Under the pieces are notes generated by a model, which saw nothing but the letters and a program-made list of their open reading frames with translations, was not told where the DNA came from and ran no database searches. A DNA stretch of 64,000 nt from an uncultured Candidatus Rokubacteria bacterium (GTDB lineage: Bacteria; Methylomirabilota; Methylomirabilia; Rokubacteriales; DASRDR01): assembly GCA_963805625.1 (NCBI GenBank), contig CAWDVE010000017.1, forward strand, positions 800,001-864,000. The letters run 5' to 3'. Positions 26,818 through 36,408 of this stretch are shown here, in pieces (the stretch's first letter is position 1; every line of letters starts with the position of its first letter). Both the position numbers and the translations under genes were made by a program.

Positions 26818-29511
26818 GTGCCCGGGTCGCGATCGGGTCCGGCGCTCCTCGGGCTCGCGGTGCTGGCGACGGTGGGCATCCTGATCCGCGCCGGCGCGGC
26901 CTCCACGACCCTCATCTGGTTTGACGAGGCCACGATGGGCCTCATGGGCCGGGACGTCCTTTACGGCCAGTTCCCGTTCTTCTTCTACGGGCAGCCCTTC
27001 ATGGGGGCGGTCGACGGCTATGTCCACGCCGTCTCGTTCGCCGTCCTCGGGGAGTCGGTGGCGACACTCCGCGTCTCCGCGGTGCTCGTGACGCTGGGGC
27101 ACGTCCTGGTGGTGGCGCTCCTGGCGCACCGCGTCTTCCGCGCCGGCTGGTGGGCTGTGACACTGGCTCTCATACCCACGCCGTATCTGCTCAAGTGGGC
27201 CGACGACGCCCGGCTCGTGTACAGCCTCCTCCTCGTCCTCACGCCGCTCTGCATGGTCCTCGCACTCGGTGTGGCGCAGGAGCGCCGGTCGCCGGCCAGC
27301 CGGACGCGGGCGCTGCTCATCCTGGCGTTCGTCGCAGGCCTGTGCTGGTGGATCAATCTTCTCTTCGCCCCCGTGCTCGCGGCGTGTGCGCTGGCTCTGG
27401 GGATTCGACGGCCACGGGTTGGCCGGGAGGCTCTCCTGGCCCCGGTCGCGTTCCTCCTCGGTAGCGCACCAGTCTGGCTGTTTGCCGCAATCTATGCACG
27501 CTTACCCATCGTGTCGGTGCCGCTCGCCGCACCGAGGCAGATCGCGTATCACGTGCGCGACCTGCTGGCGAACGCGCTCCCGCTCGTGGCGGGGGTGCCC
27601 GACGCCCTGCTGGCCGCGCGGCCTGTCGGGATCGCGGCCGTGGTGATCGTGGGGCTCGGCTTGGTCCTGGCACTCGGTGATCCTCGCGGCGATCGTATCG
27701 GCCGGCTGCTGCTCGGGCTGGCGACCGCCATCTCCCTGGCCACGGTCCTCATCACGGAGCGGGGTCAGGCCCTAGCTACCGAGGACCCGCGCTACCTCCT
27801 GCCGATCCTGGCGATCCTGCCGGTGCTCCTGGGAGGTGCGCTGGCCCGGGTGGCTCGCGCCTCCCCGGCGTGGGCCGGCGCCGCGGCCGTGGGGCTGATC
27901 GTCGCCCACGCCGCGGGCGTCGCGACGACGTATCCGGCGCTCCGGTCGGCCGGCGCCTGGCGAGCGTCGCGCGCCGCGCTGGCTCGCCGCGACGCCGTCG
28001 CCGATATGCTGGCCGCGCGTGGCCTCGCGGCCGTCTACACGCACGACCCGGACGTGATCAGCTTCATGAGCGGCGGGCGGGTGACGGTCTCCCACTTCTA
28101 CCTGGCCGACGACCCGATCCGGGCCGCACGGGTCGATGCGGCGTCACGCGTGGCGTACCTGGCGCCCGAGCGCATCCCGACAGGCTTCGTGGAGAGCCTG
28201 GCCGCGGCAGGGATCCGCTTCGAGCGGGAGGCCACGCCCCTCGGGCCGCTCTTCACGGGGTTCCGGCTCGAGCCCACAGCGTTCCGCGAGATTCCGCCGG
28301 CTGGATGGACTGCCACCGCGTCGCTCCGGCCCGAGTTAGCGGGTCACGCGATCGACCGGGACGCCGGGACGCGATGGCGGACCACGGGGCGGCCGGCTGA
28401 CGCCTGGCTCCAGGTCGACCTCGGACGCGTCCATCCAGTTGCCATGGTGGCGTGGCTGCCGGGCAGCTATCAGGAGGTGCCTCTCGGGTTTCGGCTCGAC
28501 ACCTCCACCGACGGCGCCCGGTGGACCGTCGCCCGGGAGGTGCCGGCCTACTACGGGCCGCTCTACTGGGCGGCCGGGCATCCGATGGGACGCGTGCGCT
28601 GGGGACGGGTGGAGGCGCGCTTCCCGGTCAGGCCCGCGCGCTACGTGCGGCTGACGCATCTCGGCCGCGACGAGCGCTTCCCGTGGACGGTCCGCGAGCT
28701 GTTCGTCTACGAGGCCGGCGATCCGACGGGCGCGCTCGCGGCCGACGCGCGCGCGGCGGCCGGAGCGCTCCTCGCGATGGGCGCCCGGCGCGTCTACGCG
28801 GACCACGGGGACGGGCCGCACCTCGTCGAGGCGGCTGGCGAGGAGCTCCTCGCGCTGCCGGACAACGTCCGGGTGGACCGCTATGGCCTGGTGCCGCCGC
28901 TGGAGCGCCTTCCGTTCCTCGTCCCGGCGCCAGGCGCGGCGATCGCGTACCCGGCGGGGACGCCGTCGGGGCCATCGATCGAGGCCGCGCTCCGGGCCGC
29001 CGGCGTCGGCTTCGCTGCCGCCGACGTGGGCGGCTACCGGCTCCTCGGCCGGCTCGAGCCGCCGGCCCTGCCGGGTCGCATCGCGCGCGCCGCGCCCGCC
29101 AGGGTGACGGCGGAGCCCGCCGCGGGCGATCCGCGCGCCGCCACGGACGGGCGCGTGGAGACGCGCTGGTCGACCCGAGCGCCGCAGGCCCCCGGTCAGT
29201 GGCTCCAGGTCGAGCTCGACGCTCCGACCGAACTGTGCGGGCTCGAGCTGGACCTCGGGGGCGCCGCGTTCGAGTACCCCCGCGGCCTCGCGGTTCGGGT
29301 GGCGCGCGACGCGGACTGGGAGGACATCGGAGTGACCATCCGCTTGGTGGGCCCGCTCGTGTGGACGGGCACGCACGTCCTGCGGGCAGGGGTCGAGCGC
29401 GTGGTCGCGAGCTTTCCCCCGACCCGGGTGCGCGCGCTGCGGGTCGTCCAGACGGGACAGGACACGTTCTACCCGTGGTCGGTCGCGGAGCTGCGGCTGC
29501 TCGCGCCCTGA
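26818..29511 (+). CDS. GT-C-type membrane glycosyltransferase-like protein with two F5/8 type C (discoidin/CBM32-like) domains
   Basis: WFDEATMGLM and FFFYGQPFMG first loop, about 11 TMs, PRYLLP; two AxDgxxxTRW...WLQVxL...WxVxEL domains. Confidence 0.8.
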   Translation: MPGSRSGPALLGLAVLATVGILIRAGAASTTLIWFDEATMGLMGRDVLYGQFPFFFYGQPFMGAVDGYVHAVSFAVLGESVATLRVSAVLVTLGHVLVVALLAHRVFRAGWWAVTLALIPTPYLLKWADDARLVYSLLLVLTPLCMVLALGVAQERRSPASRTRALLILAFVAGLCWWINLLFAPVLAACALALGIRRPRVGREALLAPVAFLLGSAPVWLFAAIYARLPIVSVPLAAPRQIAYHVRDLLANALPLVAGVPDALLAARPVGIAAVVIVGLGLVLALGDPRGDRIGRLLLGLATAISLATVLITERGQALATEDPRYLLPILAILPVLLGGALARVARASPAWAGAAAVGLIVAHAAGVATTYPALRSAGAWRASRAALARRDAVADMLAARGLAAVYTHDPDVISFMSGGRVTVSHFYLADDPIRAARVDAASRVAYLAPERIPTGFVESLAAAGIRFEREATPLGPLFTGFRLEPTAFREIPPAGWTATASLRPELAGHAIDRDAGTRWRTTGRPADAWLQVDLGRVHPVAMVAWLPGSYQEVPLGFRLDTSTDGARWTVAREVPAYYGPLYWAAGHPMGRVRWGRVEARFPVRPARYVRLTHLGRDERFPWTVRELFVYEAGDPTGALAADARAAAGALLAMGARRVYADHGDGPHLVEAAGEELLALPDNVRVDRYGLVPPLERLPFLVPAPGAAIAYPAGTPSGPSIEAALRAAGVGFAAADVGGYRLLGRLEPPALPGRIARAAPARVTAEPAAGDPRAATDGRVETRWSTRAPQAPGQWLQVELDAPTELCGLELDLGGAAFEYPRGLAVRVARDADWEDIGVTIRLVGPLVWTGTHVLRAGVERVVASFPPTRVRALRVVQTGQDTFYPWSVAELRLLAP

Positions 29512-29610
29512 CGACGTGGGACAATGGCGCGCGCGGGCCGAGCCTCACGCCCGGCATCGGTCGTGCGCCGGGCGAATGGGCTCGCGTGCTCGTGGAAGGA
29601 GGGCGTTGCC

Positions 29611-30915
29611 GTGGGTGACCTGACGACGCCGGTCGAGACGCTGCCGCGCGCCGACCTCGAGCGGCTTCAGCTCGAGCGTCTCCGCGCTCTGGTGGCGCGC
29701 GCTGCGCGGGTGCCGCTCCATCGGGACCGGCTCGCCGCTGCCGGGATGGGGCCGGACGGGATTCGCGCGCTCGACGACCTCCGGCGGCTGCCCTTCACGA
29801 CGAAGGCCGACTTCCGCGACACGTACCCGTTCGGTCTCCTCGCCGTGCCGATGGACGAGGTCGTGCGCATCCACGCCTCCTCCGGGACCACGGGGAAGCC
29901 AACCGTGGTCTTCTATACGCGTGGGGATCTGGACGTCTGGACCGAGGTGATGGGCCGGACGCTCCGGGCGGGCGGCGTTCGTCGGGGCGACGTCGTGCAG
30001 AACGCCTACGGGTACGGCCTGTTCACGGGCGGCCTCGGCTTCCACTACGGCGCGGAATCTCTGGGCGCCGCGGTCATTCCGGTGTCCGGCGGCTTCACGG
30101 AGCGCCAGCTGCTCGCCTTCCAGGATCTCGGGACCACGGTGCTCTGCTGCACGCCCTCCTATGCGCTCCACCTGGCCGAGGCGATCGAGGAGGCCGGCCT
30201 GTCCGTGGAGACCCTGCGCCTCCGCGTGGGCTTCTTCGGCGCGGAGCCGTGGACCGAGGCCATGCGGACCGCCATCGAGCAGCGGCTCCGCCTGATGGCG
30301 CTCAACATCTACGGGCTGTCGGAGGTCACGGGCCCCGGGGTCGCCGTCGAGTGCCCCGAGCGCCGGGGCATGCACGTGGCGGAGGACCACTTCTTGCCCG
30401 AGGTGGTCGACCCCAAGACTCTCGAGCCGTTGCCTCCCGGCACGACGGGCGAGCTCGTGCTCACGACGCTCAGCAAGCAGGGGATGCCGCTCCTCCGGTA
30501 CCGCACGCGCGACCTCACGTCCCTCGATCCCGCCCCGTGCCGCTGCGGGCGAACACTGGTCCGGCTCGAGCGCATCATGGCGCGGTCCGACGACATGCTG
30601 ATCATCCGCGGCGTCAACGTGTATCCCTCGCAGGTGGAGCACGCCCTGCTCCAGGCGCCGGAGCTCGCTCCGCACTATCTCCTGGTGGTGCGGCGCGAGC
30701 ACGCTCTCGACACCCTCGAGGTGCAGGTGGAAGGCCAGCCGGGAGCGGTGCCGCCCGGGGAGGGCGCGGTCGGGGCGCTCACCGCGCGCGTCCGTCGCCG
30801 GCTCCTCGAGTCCCTCGGGGTGTCGGTCGAGGTCAGCATCGTGGCGCCGAAGACGATCGAGCGGAGCGCCGGGAAGGCCAAGCGCGTCCTCGACCTCCGG
30901 GGGCAGGGAGGCTGA
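29611..30915 (+). CDS. paaK: Phenylacetate-CoA ligase family protein
   Basis: IHASSGTTGKP, YGYGLFTGGLG, GAEPW, IYGLSE, RYRTRD, DDMLIIRGVN, GKAKRV. Confidence 0.9.
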   Translation: MGDLTTPVETLPRADLERLQLERLRALVARAARVPLHRDRLAAAGMGPDGIRALDDLRRLPFTTKADFRDTYPFGLLAVPMDEVVRIHASSGTTGKPTVVFYTRGDLDVWTEVMGRTLRAGGVRRGDVVQNAYGYGLFTGGLGFHYGAESLGAAVIPVSGGFTERQLLAFQDLGTTVLCCTPSYALHLAEAIEEAGLSVETLRLRVGFFGAEPWTEAMRTAIEQRLRLMALNIYGLSEVTGPGVAVECPERRGMHVAEDHFLPEVVDPKTLEPLPPGTTGELVLTTLSKQGMPLLRYRTRDLTSLDPAPCRCGRTLVRLERIMARSDDMLIIRGVNVYPSQVEHALLQAPELAPHYLLVVRREHALDTLEVQVEGQPGAVPPGEGAVGALTARVRRRLLESLGVSVEVSIVAPKTIERSAGKAKRVLDLRGQGG

Positions 30916-30924
30916 TCCGGGCGA

Positions 30925-32433
30925 TTAGCCGGCCGGGGTCGAGGTGTCGCGGAGCAGCCGGTGGAGCTCCTCGGGGGCGACGGCCCCCCCGGCGGCCATG
31001 GGCCCGCCGGGGGGCGTCCGGAGGAGGTAGAAGCCCTCGAAGGCGTGCTGTCCCGTGAACTTCTGACCGATGGCCGGGGCCGCCACGCGCGGCTCGGCGA
31101 GACGGAGGGGCGAGTCGAAGGTCGCGTCCTCCCAGTAGACGACCAGGTCCGGCAAGGGCGACGTCGCTGCCGCCGCGGCGTCGGGAGCCGTGCGGAACAC
31201 GGCGCGGACGATCGGCCGGCCGTCGACGTGGCGCGCTCCCCGCAGCGTTCGCTCGAGCCGCGCGCAGAGCTCGTCGTAGCCGCCGGGTTCGACGATGCCC
31301 TGCGCCTCGCGCCCCCGGAGATTGACCCGGACCCATCCGTTCTGATCGGTTGGCAGCGAGAAGGCGGTCGTGCGCGACCAGTCGTACGCGGGCACCCACA
31401 TCGCCGGCTGGGAGAGGCGGACGGTGAGCGCTCGCGGCACCCGGCGGTGGTAGAGGCGCTTGACGGCGCCGGGCAGGCTGCCCTTGACGATGGCCGCGGC
31501 CCGCCGGGCCGCCTCCGATCGCGAGTGGCGCCACCAGGGCCGCTCGACGGCGAAGCCGCTGGCCTTCAGGAGCGGTTCCAGAATCGTCGGGATGCCTTGC
31601 GCCGCGCGCATCCCGTGGAGGGAGAAGACCAGCACCGTCGCCCGAGGACCCGCCACGTCGCGGAGACGGCCGATCTCCCGATCGACGGCCTGCAGGAGCT
31701 CCAGCAGGCCCTGGCCGTGCCGCTCGTCCGGCGTGGCCAGGCCGTGATCCGGGTGCGTGGGGTCGATGGTGTGCCACACGAGATGCGCCGCGTGGTGCAC
31801 CTCCGGGAACACCAGGACGAAGAGATCGGGCGTGGTCCCAACGAGCAGCCGCTCCGCCAGCCGCCCGCGCTGCTCCACGCCCTGTAGGCAGCTCGCGACG
31901 GCGCGCTCGAGTCCTGCATGATCGCGGGGCCCCGCGGCGTCGACGGCCCCGGCGGCAAAAGGATGCGTTCCGCCGGCGCTGCGGACGAGTGTCTCGAGGG
32001 CCAGGGGGAAGACCTCGAGCCGGCCCTTCAGGTAGTCGTGGGCCCCCCAGTCGAGCACCTCGCTGCAGCCGGGGATGCCGAGGGGAGGGGCGAACGGGAC
32101 GTCGAGCACCGTGATGGCCCGGCCCCGCCTCGCCTCCACCCCCCAGAACGGCTCGAAGTGGTCCCACGACGGGCGCGCCAGGTCGAGGGTGTCGGGGCGC
32201 CACGCCCACTCGCCGAAGAACCCATGCAGGGCCGGCGGGGTGCCGGTCAGGAACGATGGCCACATTCCCCCGCTATTGACGGGATCCGGGGAGACCACCG
32301 GTCCCCAGATCCCCTCCTGGGCGAGACCACGCAGACTCGGCAGGTCGCCGCGATCAAGCAGCCGGCGCACGAGCGTCGGCTCCGCCGCGTCGATGCCGAT
32401 GGCGAGGACGGGACCCCGGCCAGAATCGTTTAC
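30925..32433 (-). CDS. Alkaline-phosphatase superfamily (nucleotide pyrophosphatase/phosphodiesterase-like) protein
   Basis: VLAIGIDAAEP, WPSFLTG..PALHG, VFPEVHHAAH, FSLHG, VNLRGRE..G.V, TGQH; homology extends upstream of the ORF-track GTG (32370); only a GTA at 32433 follows the GGAG RBS. Confidence 0.82.
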   Translation of the reverse strand, partial: VNDSGRGPVLAIGIDAAEPTLVRRLLDRGDLPSLRGLAQEGIWGPVVSPDPVNSGGMWPSFLTGTPPALHGFFGEWAWRPDTLDLARPSWDHFEPFWGVEARRGRAITVLDVPFAPPLGIPGCSEVLDWGAHDYLKGRLEVFPLALETLVRSAGGTHPFAAGAVDAAGPRDHAGLERAVASCLQGVEQRGRLAERLLVGTTPDLFVLVFPEVHHAAHLVWHTIDPTHPDHGLATPDERHGQGLLELLQAVDREIGRLRDVAGPRATVLVFSLHGMRAAQGIPTILEPLLKASGFAVERPWWRHSRSEAARRAAAIVKGSLPGAVKRLYHRRVPRALTVRLSQPAMWVPAYDWSRTTAFSLPTDQNGWVRVNLRGREAQGIVEPGGYDELCARLERTLRGARHVDGRPIVRAVFRTAPDAAAAATSPLPDLVVYWEDATFDSPLRLAEPRVAAPAIGQKFTGQHAFEGFYLLRTPPGGPMAAGGAVAPEELHRLLRDTSTPAG

Positions 32434-32491
32434 GGAAGAGTCTCCACCACGGCGAGATTACACCTCCGCAGGGGAGTTTCGGGGGTCTGGC

Positions 32492-34060
32492 TCACACGTG
32501 GCCCTGCCGGATGTGCCCGGCCAGGCGCAGCGCCAGCGCCACGATCGTCAGCGTGGGCCCGGCCGTCCCCCCGGTCGGGAAGACCGAGCTTCCCGCGACG
32601 AAGAGATTCGCAGCGCCGTGGACCCGGCAGTCGGCGTCCACCACACCCTGCCTCGGATCCTCGTGCATTCGCGTGGTGCCCATGTGGTGCGAGAAGAAGC
32701 CCGCCCGGCCTTCGCCGAGCATGGCCTGCATGGTTCCAGCGGCACGCGGGCCGTCGAGCCCGATCGCCCCGGCCGCGACGCTCAGGGCGCGGCCATGCCG
32801 TTGTCGATCCTCGTTCGTCAGCCGGAAGACGAGCTCGGCGCGCCGTTGACCGAAGCGATCGCGCTCTGGTGCGAGCCGGACGCGGTTGCCGAGGTCCGGT
32901 GTCTGCTCCGTCTGCACTCTCAAGACGTAGCCATCTCCACGCGCCCCGGGCTCAGGTCGACGGCCGATCTTTCGCCACGCCTGCCGGAAGACCTCCCCGG
33001 GACTGCGGAGCACGTTCCGGAGATCCCGCATGGGCGCGACCGGCCGCGCCCGACCGAGCAGCAGATTCTTGAGCCTGGCGGCCGAGACCACGCTCGGCGC
33101 GGCGGACTCCACGGACTGGAACCACAGAGTCTGGCCGGGCACGCGTTCGGCCCGCATGAATTCTTCCGACAGCGACAGCTGCCCCCAGACGATCGCGGTC
33201 CCGACCCGCTGGCGACCTTGGTAGAAGAGCACGTCCCGACCGCGCCCCCAGGCGCCGAGCGGCACGTCCACGTATACGTGCTCCATGAAGCAGCGCCCCA
33301 CCAGATCGTGGCGGTTCCCCACCCCCGCCGGGTGTGGATCGGTGGAGCAGAGCAAGAGTCGCGGGTTCTCGATCCCACCGGCAGCCAGGATGAACGTCCG
33401 GGCGGCCACGCGGAACCGGCGCCCGTTCACGGCGACGACGTGCGCCGCTCGCACCGTGCCCCCGCGTGCGTCCGTTTCGAGGCGGGTCACCCGGGCGTTG
33501 GCGAGAACCTCCACGTTGTCCGCTTCGCGCATGCGCCCGCCATGGAGGTCTCCGAACCTCGGCACGGGGCAGGTGTGCAGGACTCGGTTGACGAGCGGGC
33601 CTGGCTTGACGTCAAACGGCTGATGAACGAGGTGAGGCCGGCACACCTCGACGTCGTAGAAGCGAAGGTCGCCGAGACCGCACAGCGCCTGAGCCCGTTC
33701 ATAGAACGGTAGCAGCTCGTCCCGGCGGATTGGCCAGCCGCTGCCCGGGATCCAGTCGCGACACTCGAAGTCGACCTGGTCGAGCGGGCGGCAGTTCCCG
33801 AGCCAGTGGTTGGTGCCGCCGCCAAAGTACCAGGCGCGGCCGGGATCGAGGACGAGGCGTGGCGGCGTCCCGTCCACGACCTGGTAGATTCCATCATCGC
33901 GCGTCTTGCCGGTCGCGCCCCCTCTCTCCACCAGCAGGACCCGCGTGGGCGAATCGAGAAAGTCGAGCGCCACGGAGATTCCCGCGGCCCCAGCGCCGAC
34001 GACGCAGAGGTCCGCCCTCAAGGTGTCCCGATCCCGGATCGTCCGTGCGTCCGTGAACAT
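32492..34060 (-). CDS. GMC family FAD oxidoreductase
   Basis: DLCVVGAGAAG, GGGTNHW, LAAGGIENPRLLL, VGRCFMEH, HHMGTTRM, NLFVAGSSVFPT. Confidence 0.9.
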   Translation of the reverse strand: MFTDARTIRDRDTLRADLCVVGAGAAGISVALDFLDSPTRVLLVERGGATGKTRDDGIYQVVDGTPPRLVLDPGRAWYFGGGTNHWLGNCRPLDQVDFECRDWIPGSGWPIRRDELLPFYERAQALCGLGDLRFYDVEVCRPHLVHQPFDVKPGPLVNRVLHTCPVPRFGDLHGGRMREADNVEVLANARVTRLETDARGGTVRAAHVVAVNGRRFRVAARTFILAAGGIENPRLLLCSTDPHPAGVGNRHDLVGRCFMEHVYVDVPLGAWGRGRDVLFYQGRQRVGTAIVWGQLSLSEEFMRAERVPGQTLWFQSVESAAPSVVSAARLKNLLLGRARPVAPMRDLRNVLRSPGEVFRQAWRKIGRRPEPGARGDGYVLRVQTEQTPDLGNRVRLAPERDRFGQRRAELVFRLTNEDRQRHGRALSVAAGAIGLDGPRAAGTMQAMLGEGRAGFFSHHMGTTRMHEDPRQGVVDADCRVHGAANLFVAGSSVFPTGGTAGPTLTIVALALRLAGHIRQGHV

Positions 34061-34086
34061 GGTCGCCGTCACCGTTCCGAGGGCTC

Positions 34087-34241
34087 ATCCTTTCCGAGCG
34101 GAGGGAACCCGTCAAGGTGCCGAGCCCGCGCACGGCCAGGCGCGGGGTGACGCGCGCGCGACACGGTGCGCGCCGCCCACCATCCGCATCGGGCGCATCG
34201 GGCACGCCGCGCTTGACTCGCGCGCCGGCACCTCTTAACGT
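34087..34241. promoter_or_regulatory. Divergent sigma70-like promoter pair (GMC gene / GT2 operon)
   Basis: Minus strand TTGACG-N17-AAGGAT (34115-34087); plus strand TTGACT-N17-TAACGT (34213-34241). Confidence 0.45.
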
Positions 34242-34351
34242 GTCAGGCTGATCGTGGGCATTGGCCTCAACCGGGGTGGCTCCGCACACGCGCGCGACGC
34301 CGGCATCTCAGCGTGCCATTCGCCCAGCCTCTGCGTCGTGGAGCGGGCGCC

Positions 34352-35407
34352 ATGGCCCCGCGGCGCATGACGGTGACGGCGAAGCCCGGCGCGCGCCGGC
34401 CAGCGCGGTTCACGATTGTGCTCCCCGTCCGGAACGGCGGCCGCTACCTGCCGGAGTGCGTGGACAGCATCCTCGGTCAGTCCTGCGGCGATCTCGCGCT
34501 CGAGATCCTCGAGAACGGGAGCACGGACGGAACCGCCGAGTGGCTGGAGACCGTTCAGGACTCGAGGGTGCGGGTGTGGCCCGCCCCGCGCCCGTTGCCG
34601 ATCGAGCAAAACTGGCAGCGCGCGGTGACCCTTCCGAAGGGCGAGTTCCTGCTGTTCGTGGGCCATGACGACCGCCTGGATCCCGGCTATCTCTCGATTG
34701 TCGACGAGCTCATACGGCGGGCACCCGACGCTGCGCTGTTCACGACCCACTTCCGGCTGATCGACGCGCGCGGAGCGGTCCTGCGGTCGTGCCGACCCAT
34801 GCGGGCGCGCGAGACGATGCCGGAGTTTCTGGCGTCGCGGTTGACGTCACGAATCGACATGGCGGGCATGGGTGTCGTGATGCGATCCTCGGCGTACGAT
34901 GCCCTCGGGGGCATTCCCATGTTCGAGGGCCTCGCCTTCGCCGACGATGCCCTGTGGCTCAGTCTGCTGAATGGCTCGTGGAGAGCCACGGCGCCCGACG
35001 AGGCGTACTCGTACCGGCTGCACCTGGCCAGCGCGTTTCACTCCCTCCCGTGGCGCTCGGCGATCGCGGCGACCGAGCAGTATGCCGGCTTCGTCAAGTC
35101 ACTGGGCGTGATGCACGCCGATGTGGCCGAGATCTGGCGGACGCATGCTCCGGCCTTTCTCGAGCGTCGCTATCGCTTCGTCATGCTGTTCGCCATGCTC
35201 ACCGCCGGGAACAGGCCGGGCGGATTCGATTCCCGCGAGCGCGAGGCGGCGCTGGCGTCGCTCGAGCGGCTGAGTCCGCAGGCGGCGTGCCGCCTGCGTC
35301 GACGCTGGTGGTTTCGCGTCGGCCCATGGGCCCAGGGGAGGCTCTTCCGGGCTCCGACGCTGGCGTGCTTGCGGTCGTATTGGTGGTACCGGAGGCGGTG
35401 GCGGTGA
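34352..35407 (+). CDS. Glycosyltransferase family 2
   Basis: FTIVLPVRNGGRYLPECVDSILGQ, ENGSTDGT, GHDD, FADDALW, YRLH. Confidence 0.88.
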   Translation: MAPRRMTVTAKPGARRPARFTIVLPVRNGGRYLPECVDSILGQSCGDLALEILENGSTDGTAEWLETVQDSRVRVWPAPRPLPIEQNWQRAVTLPKGEFLLFVGHDDRLDPGYLSIVDELIRRAPDAALFTTHFRLIDARGAVLRSCRPMRARETMPEFLASRLTSRIDMAGMGVVMRSSAYDALGGIPMFEGLAFADDALWLSLLNGSWRATAPDEAYSYRLHLASAFHSLPWRSAIAATEQYAGFVKSLGVMHADVAEIWRTHAPAFLERRYRFVMLFAMLTAGNRPGGFDSREREAALASLERLSPQAACRLRRRWWFRVGPWAQGRLFRAPTLACLRSYWWYRRRWR

Positions 35408-35492
35408 TCCTCCCTCGGCCCCGTGCGACCCGTCGGGCTCCCGGATCCACGGTCTCACCGGCGCGATCCGAAGCCGGTGATCGGCGAATCGC

Positions 35493-36365
35493 GTGACCGG
35501 CCCGCCGGCCCGCGCGCGACGCCGCGCCCTCATCACCGGTGCCGCCGGCTTCGTGGGGAGCCATCTGGCGGCCAGCCTGGTGGAGGCGGGTGACGCGGTG
35601 CACGGCGTGCTCCGCCCGGGGACCGCCGGCTGCAGCCTGCCGGGTGTCGAGCCCCACTGCGTCGATCTCACCAACGCCGACGCCGTCCAGCGCCTCATTC
35701 ACGACGTCCGACCGCAGTGGGTCTTCCACCTCGCAGGTCGTGTGACGGGAGACAGGCAGCTCGCCGCCGCCGGCTCGCTCGTCCTCGACAACCTGGCGCA
35801 GACCGTCCCCGTCGCCACCGCCCTGGCACGCGAGGGATGCGAGCGGCTCGTGGTCGCGGGCCCATGGAGGAGCCGGGGCGCGGCGAGCCCGCGACCGCCA
35901 CGCCGGGATCGCCGTACGCCGCGGCCAAGTGGGCGGGCAGCGGCGTCGCGCGCCTGTACCACGCGCTCTACGGAGTTCCCGTCGTCATCGCGCGGCTCTC
36001 CATGGTCTATGGCCCCGGCCAGAGGGACACGACGAAGCTGGTCCCGTTCGTGATCACCTCGCTGCTCGGCGGCGAATCCCCGCCGCTGTCCAGTGGCCGC
36101 CGCGCCGGGCGTGGAGGGACAGACGCTCGAGCTGGGCTCGGGACGGCTCGTGACGATCCGGGAGATCGTGGACCGCATCTTCGCCATCATGGGCGCAGCC
36201 GGGCCCCCACGGTGGGGTGCCCTCGCCGACCGGCCCCTCGAGCGACCCGTCGTGGCCGATGTCGAGACGAGCCGGCGCCTCATCGAATGGAGCCCGGGGG
36301 TGGAGCTAGGGCACGGGCTGACCGGAACGGTTGACTGGTACCGGCGGACGTTCGGGGGAGCCTGA
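35493..36365 (+). pseudogene. NAD-dependent sugar epimerase/dehydratase disrupted by a 1-bp deletion and an internal deletion
   Basis: ITGAAGFVG, VFHLAG; frameshift at about 35861 (VVAG/SMEEP); SPYAAAK, VYGPG; the usual D(W/F)xYVxDV segment is missing at 36094-36103. Confidence 0.8.
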
Positions 36366-36408
36366 TTCTCGTCTCGCGGGACTTCCCGAGACGCGTCTGG
36401 GGACCGAC

